Positions 18,910-26,191 of a DNA stretch of 39,163 nt are shown here, one piece after another. The stretch is from sequence record OZ035749.1; one strand, 5' to 3'. Below the pieces are notes generated by a model. The model was not told the DNA's origin and made no database searches. It was given only the letters and a program-made list of their open reading frames with translations. The number at the start of each line of letters is the position of its first letter. Within the stretch, counting starts at the first letter, position 1. Made by a program: the position numbers and the translations under genes. The stretch comes from Kayfunavirus PDP351P4.

Positions 18910-19142
18910 GTGAACTGGATTTACTGAAGAAGTTTGACGAGCTTATGTCCCACCTTAATGGTGAAGAGAACTCAATGGCTGAAGAGTTCCGCGAGGCTCT
19001 AGCAGCTAAGTTAGACAGTGCCGCTGATGATAGACTCTGGCGGAAGTGCTTGGAGTCTGGCGGGGTGGACAACTGGTCTTGGTTCTCTGAGTCACTGTCT
19101 GAAGGTGGATACTACAAGGAGGACGACGATGACTTCGAATAA
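18906..19142 (+). CDS. acidic small protein at the gene 5.9 position (possible RecBCD-inhibitor analogue)
   Basis: 78 aa from the ATG overlapping the 5.7 stop; Asp/Glu-rich with DDDDFE C-terminus; no sequence identity to T7 gp5.9 recognised. Confidence 0.4.
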   Translation: MSELDLLKKFDELMSHLNGEENSMAEEFREALAAKLDSAADDRLWRKCLESGGVDNWSWFSESLSEGGYYKEDDDDFE

Positions 19143-19998
19143 GAAGATAGCTCTGGTACTGGATGGCGACTATCTGGTCTATTCTTCTATGGCTGCTGCC
19201 GAGGACGAGACTGACTGGGGTGATGACATCTGGACCCTTACCTGCGACCACGAGAAGGCTCGTCGTATCCTTGAGAACACCATCGCTGAAATCGTTAAGA
19301 AGCGAAAGGCGTGGAAAGACGCTAAGATTGTGATGTGCTTCACTGATGATTATAACTGGCGCAAGGACGTCCTGCCTACCTATAAGGCCAACCGTAAAGG
19401 TTCTCGCAAGCCTGTAGGTTACAAGAAGTTCGTAGCCGAAGTGATGGCTGACCCACGGTTCAACAGCTTCCTTCGTCCTACGCTTGAGGGGGATGACTGC
19501 ATGGGTATCATCGGGACACGACCTCAGATTGTAGGTTGTGACCATGCGGTTCTGGTATCATGCGATAAGGACTTCAAGACCATCCCGAACTGTGAGTTCT
19601 TCTGGTTAACCACTGGTGAAATCCTGAGTCATACGACTGCTGAGGCAGACTACTGGCACATGGAGCAAACCATCAAGGGTGACACTACAGATGGCTACGG
19701 TGGCATTCCGGGGATGGGTGAGGATACCACTCGTGCGTTCCTTGACGAGCCGTACTACTTCGTTCAGGAGAGCCGTGAGCTTAAGACTGGTAAGAACAAA
19801 GGCCAGATTAAGACTGAGTGGAAGAAGTATCCAAAGCGTGAAGACATGACGCTTTGGGACTGCATGGTGACTCTGGCCGCTAAAGCTGGGATGACCGAGG
19901 AGGAACTTCTGGTCCAAGCTCAGGTCGCTCGTATTTGCAGAGCCTCCGACTACGACCCTAAGTCCAAGGAGGTCATCCTATGGACACCATCCATGTAA
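19129..19998 (+). CDS. 5'-3' exonuclease (T7 gp6-like)
   Basis: 289 aa from the ATG preceded by AAGGAGG; KPVGY.F, CDKDFKTIPNC.F, TIKGD.TDGY.GI.G and WDC...AKAGMTEE align with remembered T7 gp6. Confidence 0.9.
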   Translation: MTSNKKIALVLDGDYLVYSSMAAAEDETDWGDDIWTLTCDHEKARRILENTIAEIVKKRKAWKDAKIVMCFTDDYNWRKDVLPTYKANRKGSRKPVGYKKFVAEVMADPRFNSFLRPTLEGDDCMGIIGTRPQIVGCDHAVLVSCDKDFKTIPNCEFFWLTTGEILSHTTAEADYWHMEQTIKGDTTDGYGGIPGMGEDTTRAFLDEPYYFVQESRELKTGKNKGQIKTEWKKYPKREDMTLWDCMVTLAAKAGMTEEELLVQAQVARICRASDYDPKSKEVILWTPSM

Positions 19999-20124
19999 TA
20001 TACTGGGCCGGACTTCTGGCCCTTTACTGCATGTATAAGTGGTTCGGGTCGAACAACCGTCCTAAACACTGAGTCTAACTGATAGTCATATCCTATCAAT
20101 CCAACAGTCATCCATAGGTGAAAC

Positions 20125-20148
20125 ACTAAACTATCACTATAGGGACTT
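20125..20148 (+). promoter_or_regulatory. phage RNAP promoter (phi6.5 position)
   Basis: CACTAAACTATCACTATAGGGACT. Confidence 0.7.
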
Positions 20149-20208
20149 TAGGACCTAAGATATGACTATAAGATAGACTTTAGTCTTAACTTAAAGAGGA
20201 GATTCAAG

Positions 20209-20481
20209 ATGGCGATTAATGCTATTGAAAATGTTGTTAAGCAGTTACAGGAAGAAAGACTTGATGTCCCTAACATCTCCCAGTCTGCCCTCCAGTTCCT
20301 GCACGTACTGTTCAACGCAAGCTACGCTGATAAGATGGGAGCTATCAGTCTCCTCAAGCAGCAAGGCTACAGCGATGCGTTCATTGCCGGGTTCATCAAG
20401 GGTCTCCAGTATTGTTCTGACACTCTCGACTCTGCAATCGCTATGCGTCGTGAGCTTAAAGATACCGTTCAGTTCGATTAA
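20209..20481 (+). CDS. gene 6.5-like protein, unknown function
   Basis: 90 aa; positional assignment only. Confidence 0.5.
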   Translation: MAINAIENVVKQLQEERLDVPNISQSALQFLHVLFNASYADKMGAISLLKQQGYSDAFIAGFIKGLQYCSDTLDSAIAMRRELKDTVQFD

Positions 20482-20495
20482 CTGTAGGAGGGACT

Positions 20496-20720
20496 ATGTG
20501 TTTCAGTCCAAAGATTAGCACTCCGAAGCCTTCGGTCCAAGCACCTGAACCAGCACCTCTGAGTGAGGAAGTTGCGTCAGTTGACATCGGGGCTGAATCG
20601 GATGTGGACACCAATGAGACCAAAGGTATCAAAGACCTTAAGGTTAAGAAGGAGTCTGCACCTAAAGATAAATCGTCAGTGAGTCGCGCTATGCGGGCCT
20701 CTGGCGTAAACATGGGGTAA
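20496..20720 (+). CDS. virion protein (T7 gp6.7-like)
   Basis: 74 aa beginning MCFSPKI as remembered for T7 gp6.7; low-complexity charged C-terminal part. Confidence 0.7.
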   Translation: MCFSPKISTPKPSVQAPEPAPLSEEVASVDIGAESDVDTNETKGIKDLKVKKESAPKDKSSVSRAMRASGVNMG

Positions 20721-20724
20721 GACA

Positions 20725-21129
20725 ATGCTACCATATCTCAACTCACGCGAAGGTCGCCACATGTGCGCTTGTCGCCTCTGGGAAGACGGGCAGTCTAACT
20801 TCAAGTCATTCGAGGACTTCAAGGCTCATACTTACCGTATGGCTGACGAGTTCGACGGTGAAGAGTACACAATCTATGATGTCTCAGGTCAACCAGTAGC
20901 GTATCTCTACATGCTGGCTACCGCATCTTGGCACCGACCGACTCCCGGTCTTGACCTTTCAATCATCGCTATTCGTCGTGACTCGCAGTCCTCCCGCAAG
21001 GTTCTTGAGACTGTCAGGCATATCATATACGAAGAGTGCAAGCGTTGGGGTCTTGGCTGGTATTCTCGTGTCAAGCATGTTTCTGGGTCGGTAGACATCG
21101 TAACAACTAAGGAGATTAACCGTGGGTAA
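20725..21129 (+). CDS. gene 7-position protein (host range / virion protein in T7)
   Basis: 134 aa (T7 gp7 is 133); positional assignment. Confidence 0.5.
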   Translation: MLPYLNSREGRHMCACRLWEDGQSNFKSFEDFKAHTYRMADEFDGEEYTIYDVSGQPVAYLYMLATASWHRPTPGLDLSIIAIRRDSQSSRKVLETVRHIIYEECKRWGLGWYSRVKHVSGSVDIVTTKEINRG

Positions 21130-21370
21130 ATCAATCAGTAAGGCTTTCAAGAAAGTAGTAAAAGGTGCGTTAGGGACAGTTGGTCTTGGAGCTGACGATG
21201 CACCTAAGGTTGTTGAGGCTCAGACCCCAGCAGCACCAGTGGAAGTCCCGAACGACCAAGTTGAAGATGTGGATACTGAAGCAACCGCATCTGACGAGAA
21301 GAAAGTGAAGCGCTCAGGTAAGCGTAGCCTTCAGGTCTCTCGCACTTCTGGTGGCGGTATTTCTATTTAA
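21122..21370 (+). CDS. tail assembly / virion protein (T7 gp7.3-like), GTG start
   Basis: 82 aa beginning (M)GKSISKAFKKVVKG and ending SGGGISI, parallel to T7 gp7.3 (MGKKVKKAVKKV ... SGGGINI); AAGGAG RBS. Confidence 0.7.
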   Translation: MGKSISKAFKKVVKGALGTVGLGADDAPKVVEAQTPAAPVEVPNDQVEDVDTEATASDEKKVKRSGKRSLQVSRTSGGGISI

Positions 21371-21381
21371 GGAGGTGACGA

Positions 21382-22950
21382 ATGGCTGAACGTGAAGGGT
21401 TCGCTGCTGAAGGAGCCAAAGCGGTCTATGACCGACTGAAGAACGGTAGACAGCCATATGAGACACGCGCTCAGAACTGTGCTGCTGTCACTATCCCGTC
21501 ACTGTTTCCTAAGGAGTCCGACAACTCGTCTACTGAGTACACCACTCCGTGGCAGTCTGTAGGTGCTCGCTGCTTGAACAACTTGGCTGCAAAGCTGATG
21601 TTGGCGTTATTCCCTCAGTCACCGTGGATGCGACTGACAGTCTCCGAATATGAGGCAAAGACCTTGAGTCAGGACTCAGAGGCGGCTGCTCGTGTTGACG
21701 AAGGGCTGGCTATGGTAGAGCGTGTGCTGATGGCCTACATGGAGACTAACAGTTTCCGTGTCCCATTGTTCGAGGCTCTGAAGCAGCTTATCGTCTCTGG
21801 TAACTGTCTGCTCTACATTCCAGAGCCTGAACAGGGAACCTACAGTCCCATGCGAATGTACCGCTTAGTGTCTTACGTTGTTCAACGTGATGCTTTCGGT
21901 AATATCTTGCAGATTGTGACTCTCGACAAGGTAGCGTTTAGTGCTCTACCGGAAGACGTGAAGTCTCAACTCAACGCAGACGACTATGAGCCTGACACCG
22001 AGCTGGAAGTGTATACGCACATCTACCGTCAGGACGACGAGTATCTACGCTACGAGGAAGTGGAAGGCATTGAGGTAGCAGGGACCGATGGTTCCTACCC
22101 GCTGACTGCATGTCCATACATCCCGGTACGAATGGTTCGACTGGATGGTGAAGACTACGGTCGTTCTTACTGCGAGGAGTATCTGGGCGACCTCAACTCG
22201 CTGGAGACGATTACAGAAGCTATCACCAAAATGGCTAAGGTAGCCTCCAAGGTGGTGGGCCTCGTTAACCCGAACGGTATCACGCAACCTCGACGTCTGA
22301 ACAAGGCGGCTACAGGTGAGTTCGTGGCTGGTCGCGTTGAGGACATCAACTTCCTGCAACTGACGAAAGGTCAGGACTTTACGATTGCCAAGTCAGTGGC
22401 TGACGCTATCGAGCAACGTTTAGGCTGGGCCTTCCTTCTTAATAGTGCTGTTCAGCGTAATGCCGAGCGGGTCACTGCTGAAGAGATTCGTTATGTTGCT
22501 GGCGAACTGGAGGCGACCTTAGGTGGCGTGTACTCAGTACAGTCACAAGAGCTTCAGTTACCTATCGTCCGCGTGTTGATGAACCAGCTTCAGTCCGCTG
22601 GCATGATCCCTGACCTTCCGAAAGAAGCGGTAGAGCCTACGGTCTCCACTGGTCTTGAAGCGTTAGGTCGTGGTCAAGACTTAGAGAAGCTGACTCAGGC
22701 AGTCAACATGATGACCGGGCTACAGCCTCTGCAACAGGACCCAGACATTAACTTGCCGACCCTGAAGCTTCGACTGCTGAATGCCTTAGGTATTGACACC
22801 GCTGGCCTGCTGCTGACTCAGGACGAGAAGTTGCAACGTATGGCTGAACAATCCGCTCAAGGAGCTGTGGTCAACGGTGCGTCTGCTGCTGGTGCTAACA
22901 TGGGCGCTGCTGTAGGTCAGGGAGCTGGTGAGGACATGGCTCAAGCCTAA
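21382..22950 (+). CDS. head-to-tail connector / portal protein (T7 gp8-like)
   Basis: 522 aa (T7 gp8 is 536); between gene 7.3 and the scaffold gene. Confidence 0.85.
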   Translation: MAEREGFAAEGAKAVYDRLKNGRQPYETRAQNCAAVTIPSLFPKESDNSSTEYTTPWQSVGARCLNNLAAKLMLALFPQSPWMRLTVSEYEAKTLSQDSEAAARVDEGLAMVERVLMAYMETNSFRVPLFEALKQLIVSGNCLLYIPEPEQGTYSPMRMYRLVSYVVQRDAFGNILQIVTLDKVAFSALPEDVKSQLNADDYEPDTELEVYTHIYRQDDEYLRYEEVEGIEVAGTDGSYPLTACPYIPVRMVRLDGEDYGRSYCEEYLGDLNSLETITEAITKMAKVASKVVGLVNPNGITQPRRLNKAATGEFVAGRVEDINFLQLTKGQDFTIAKSVADAIEQRLGWAFLLNSAVQRNAERVTAEEIRYVAGELEATLGGVYSVQSQELQLPIVRVLMNQLQSAGMIPDLPKEAVEPTVSTGLEALGRGQDLEKLTQAVNMMTGLQPLQQDPDINLPTLKLRLLNALGIDTAGLLLTQDEKLQRMAEQSAQGAVVNGASAAGANMGAAVGQGAGEDMAQA

Positions 22951-22969
22951 ACTATCACTATAGGAACAA
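22946..22969 (+). promoter_or_regulatory. phage RNAP promoter (phi9 position)
   Basis: CCTAAACTATCACTATAGGAACA. Confidence 0.7.
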
Positions 22970-23039
22970 CGTCTGGTCTACAATTTGTAGGTTTCTAGTA
23001 CCGTTGTTCCTACCATTTCAATCAAAGGAGAATGACTCA

Positions 23040-23924
23040 ATGTCTCAATCAGTTTATGCCGAGTTCGGCGTTAGCTCTAATGCAATCACTGGTTCCGTTG
23101 AGGACCTGAACGAACACCAGAAGTCTATGCTTGAACAGGACGTAGCGGTTCGCGATGGCGATGATGCTATTACCTTCAAGCAACTGGAAGCCGAAAACGA
23201 AGAGGCTACCGAAGAAGACGAGAACGTCGAAGAGACTGAGGGTGAAGAAGACCACGAGTCCGATGACGAAGAGTCTGAGACCGATGGTGAGCAGACTGAG
23301 TTCATCGAACTAGGTGATGCACCTAAAGAGCTTACCGAAAGTGTCACCGCTCTAGATGAAAACGAAGCTGCATTCGATGACATGGTGTCTTCTGCTGTAG
23401 AAGCCGGCAAGGTCACTGCTGATGAAATTACCGCTATCAAGGCTGAATACGCCAAGGACGGTAAGCTTTCTGACGCATCCTACGCTAAGTTGCAGGAAGC
23501 AGGTTACACAAAGCGTTTCGTAGATTCGTTTGTCCGTGGTCAGGAAGCTCTGGCTGAACAGTATGCTGCTGGTGTGGTTCGCTACGCTGGTGGAGCCGAA
23601 CAGTTTAATCGCATCCTGTCCCACCTTGAGTCAACCGACCCGTCAACTCGTGAGGCACTGGAATCTGCTATCGTTCGTAAGGACATTGCGACTACCAAAG
23701 CTCTGCTGAATCTGGCTGGCAAGACTCTGGGTAAAGCTGTAGGAGTTAAACCCCAGCGCACCATCACCACTCAGGCCAAACCTGTGGTCGCACCTAAGGC
23801 TCCTCAGACCGAAGCATTCAGCTCTAAGGCTGAAATGATTAAGGCTATGAGTGACCCGCGCTATCTGCGTGACTCTAAGTACACGATGGAAGTTCGCGCT
23901 AAGGTAGCTGCCTCAAGCCTGTAA
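23040..23924 (+). CDS. capsid assembly scaffolding protein (T7 gp9-like)
   Basis: 294 aa from the ATG preceded by AAGGAG; highly acidic, low-complexity N-terminal half; the track ORF start at 23004 is a TTG lacking an RBS. Confidence 0.8.
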   Translation: MSQSVYAEFGVSSNAITGSVEDLNEHQKSMLEQDVAVRDGDDAITFKQLEAENEEATEEDENVEETEGEEDHESDDEESETDGEQTEFIELGDAPKELTESVTALDENEAAFDDMVSSAVEAGKVTADEITAIKAEYAKDGKLSDASYAKLQEAGYTKRFVDSFVRGQEALAEQYAAGVVRYAGGAEQFNRILSHLESTDPSTREALESAIVRKDIATTKALLNLAGKTLGKAVGVKPQRTITTQAKPVVAPKAPQTEAFSSKAEMIKAMSDPRYLRDSKYTMEVRAKVAASSL

Positions 23925-23925
23925 G

Positions 23926-23949
23926 ACTAAACTATCACTATAGGGAGAC
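23926..23949 (+). promoter_or_regulatory. phage RNAP promoter (phi10 position, strongest consensus with GGGAGA start)
   Basis: ACTAAACTATCACTATAGGGAGAC immediately upstream of the major capsid gene. Confidence 0.8.
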
Positions 23950-24052
23950 AAAGAGAGATCGACTCAATGTTTCCCTATTACTTCAGTCCATACGGATTGG
24001 GCGCACAGTAAGTAATAAACTTTATCTTTCAATCGAATAGGAGAATTATCAT

Positions 24053-25096
24053 ATGGCAAACGTTCCGGGTCAGAAAATTGGTACAGACCAAGGTAAAGGC
24101 AAAGCTGGTTCCGACGCTCTGGCGTTGTTCCTGAAGGTATTTGCTGGTGAAGTCCTGACCGCATTCACTCGCCGCTCTGTAACTGCCGACAAGCATATTG
24201 TCCGTACCATTCAGAACGGTAAGTCTGCTCAGTTCCCGGTCATGGGTCGCACCTCTGGTGTGTATCTGGCTCCGGGTGAGCGACTGTCCGATAAGCGTAA
24301 AGGTATCAAACATACCGAGAAAGTGATTACCATTGACGGTCTGCTGACTGCCGATGTGATGATTTTCGACATTGAAGACGCGATGAACCACTATGACGTG
24401 GCTGGCGAGTATTCCAACCAGTTAGGTGAAGCGCTGGCTATCGCTGCTGATGGTGCGGTTCTGGCTGAAATGGCTATCTTGTGTAACCTCCCTGCCGCTT
24501 CCAACGAGAACATCGCTGGTCTGGGCACTGCGTCAGTACTGGAAGTTGGTAAGAAAGATGACCTCGATACCCCGGCTAAACTGGGTGAAGCAATCATTGG
24601 TCAATTGACCATTGCTCGTGCTAAGCTGACCTCCAACTACGTTCCTGCTGGCGACCGTTACTTCTACACCACGCCTGACAACTACTCTGCAATCCTCGCG
24701 GCTCTGATGCCGAACGCTGCTAACTATGCTGCACTGATTGATCCAGAGACTGGTAACATCCGTAACGTGATGGGCTTCGTTGTTGTTGAAGTTCCGCATC
24801 TGGTACAGGGTGGTGCTGGTGAGACTCGTGGTGACGATGGTATCACTATCGCTTCCGGTCAGAAACACGCATTCCCGGCGACTGTTACTGGCGACGTTAA
24901 AGTTGCTATGGACAACGTTGTGGGCCTCTTCTCTCACCGTTCTGCTGTGGGTACTGTGAAGCTGCGTGATTTGGCGCTGGAACGTGACCGTGACGTCGAT
25001 GCTCAGGGCGACCTGATTGTTGGTAAGTACGCTATGGGTCACGGTGGTCTGCGTCCTGAAGCGGCTGGCGCACTGGTTTTCAGTCCAGCGGCGTAA
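24053..25096 (+). CDS. major capsid protein 10A (T7 gp10A-like)
   Basis: 347 aa (T7 10A is 345); SAQFPV.GRT...YLAPGE...DKRK.IKHTEKVITIDGLLTADV.I.DIEDAMNHYDV...YS.QLGE.LA.AADGAVLAE align with T7 10A. Confidence 0.96.
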   Translation: MANVPGQKIGTDQGKGKAGSDALALFLKVFAGEVLTAFTRRSVTADKHIVRTIQNGKSAQFPVMGRTSGVYLAPGERLSDKRKGIKHTEKVITIDGLLTADVMIFDIEDAMNHYDVAGEYSNQLGEALAIAADGAVLAEMAILCNLPAASNENIAGLGTASVLEVGKKDDLDTPAKLGEAIIGQLTIARAKLTSNYVPAGDRYFYTTPDNYSAILAALMPNAANYAALIDPETGNIRNVMGFVVVEVPHLVQGGAGETRGDDGITIASGQKHAFPATVTGDVKVAMDNVVGLFSHRSAVGTVKLRDLALERDRDVDAQGDLIVGKYAMGHGGLRPEAAGALVFSPAA

Positions 25097-25227
25097 GCAC
25101 CTTTAGCCAACCTAACGTCGCTACAGTAGCGGCTGCACCTGAAGAGGAGACTCTGAGTCCTCAACAGAAAGCTGCGCGTACTCGTGCTGCGAACAGGGCC
25201 GCTAAACTGGCTGAGTCCAACAACTAA
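24053..25227 (+). CDS. minor capsid protein 10B, predicted -1 programmed frameshift extension of 10A
   Basis: slippery GGTTTTC at 25075-25081, 15 nt before the 10A stop; the -1 frame stays open for about 50 more codons to TAA at 25225-25227, the same size of extension as T7 10B. Confidence 0.5.
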
Positions 25228-25231
25228 TTGA

Positions 25232-25270
25232 AACCCCTTGGGTGCCTTCGGGTGCTTGAGGGGTTTTTTG
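25232..25270 (+). terminator. T-phi-like terminator for the phage RNAP
   Basis: AACCCCTTGGGTGCCTTCGGGTGCTTGAGGGGTTTTTTG: GC-rich G-U-containing hairpin plus T6 tract, closely resembling T7 T-phi and located just after gene 10. Confidence 0.8.
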
Positions 25271-25388
25271 CTTAAGTAGGAGGAACTATGTTCCTTATTT
25301 ACACATGGTTAGTACTATTCGTCTTATTCTGGGCGTACCTGCTGCCCAGCTCACCGTCTAGCCCCTATGACCGTTAAGGAGTAAACCT

Positions 25389-25955
25389 ATGTCTCAATAC
25401 ATTCCACTGAATGCTAACGATGACTTAGATGCCATCAACGATATGTTAGCTGCTATCGGTGAACCAGCAGTCCTACAGCTTGACGAAGGCAATGCTGATG
25501 TCTCGAATGCTCAACGCATCCTGCATCGTGTCAATCGTCAGGTCCAAGCTAAAGGCTGGAACTTTAACATCAACGAAGCTGCTGTCCTGACACCTGATGT
25601 CCAAGACAACAGGATTCGATTCCTACCGTCATACCTTCGTGTAATGACTGCTGGGGCCACCAGCTATTATAGCAACATGGGTGGATACCTGTACGACCTG
25701 TCCACTCAGTCAACCACTTTCACCGACCCTATAACAGTAGAGCTTGTTGAGATGAAACCATTCTCTGAGATGCCAGTGGTCTTCAGGGACTACATCGTTA
25801 CCAAGGCTAGCCGTGAGTTCAACGCTAAGTTCTTCGGTAGCCCAGAGTCTGAACTGTACCTTCGTGAGCAGGAAGCAGAACTCTATCAGCAGGTCATGGA
25901 ATATGAGATGGACACTGGTCGCTACAACATGATGTCCGACATCGGGAGGGACTAA
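25389..25955 (+). CDS. tail tubular protein A / gatekeeper (T7 gp11-like)
   Basis: 188 aa (T7 gp11 is 196); first gene after T-phi. Confidence 0.8.
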   Translation: MSQYIPLNANDDLDAINDMLAAIGEPAVLQLDEGNADVSNAQRILHRVNRQVQAKGWNFNINEAAVLTPDVQDNRIRFLPSYLRVMTAGATSYYSNMGGYLYDLSTQSTTFTDPITVELVEMKPFSEMPVVFRDYIVTKASREFNAKFFGSPESELYLREQEAELYQQVMEYEMDTGRYNMMSDIGRD

Positions 25956-26182
25956 TGGCAGCGCATAATCTGAAGATTCACCGCCAGCACTTTGGTCCGG
26001 TACAACTAGGTCTAAAGACAGCAGAGCTGAGACTTAACGACCGGGACTTTAAGGTTGGCGACTGGCTTATTCTGAATGAGTGGGACAACGGGTATACTGG
26101 ACAACAGGTAGCACGTAAGGTTGTCCACATTGCTGACGTTGGTGACATCGCTGAGGGATACGTCCTAATGAGTATGATTTAA
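25955..26182 (+). CDS. DUF3850/ASCH-like (PUA-fold) small protein inserted between genes 11 and 12
   Basis: 75 aa; H.FGPV..G.KTAELRLNDRDFKVGDWLILNEWD.G.YTG fits the DUF3850 pattern as I remember it; ATGG overlap with the gene 11 stop. Confidence 0.55.
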   Translation: MAAHNLKIHRQHFGPVQLGLKTAELRLNDRDFKVGDWLILNEWDNGYTGQQVARKVVHIADVGDIAEGYVLMSMI

Positions 26183-26191
26183 GGAGGGCCT

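Noticed and set aside
19018-19128. N-terminal extension of the exonuclease ORF (track start at 19018)
   Set aside because: The extension overlaps the preceding gene, has no RBS, and the T7 gp6 alignment begins at the ATG at 19129, which follows AAGGAGG.
20000-20124. Possible gene 6.3-like micro-ORF and GGGCC...GGCCC hairpin after the exonuclease gene
   Set aside because: The ORF is only about 13 codons (MYKWFGSNNRPKH) with no resemblance to T7 gp6.3, and the hairpin is short (5 bp); not enough evidence for either a gene or a terminator.
23004-23039. TTG-initiated 12-codon extension of the scaffold gene
   Set aside because: No RBS upstream of 23004, whereas the ATG at 23040 follows AAGGAG at proper spacing.
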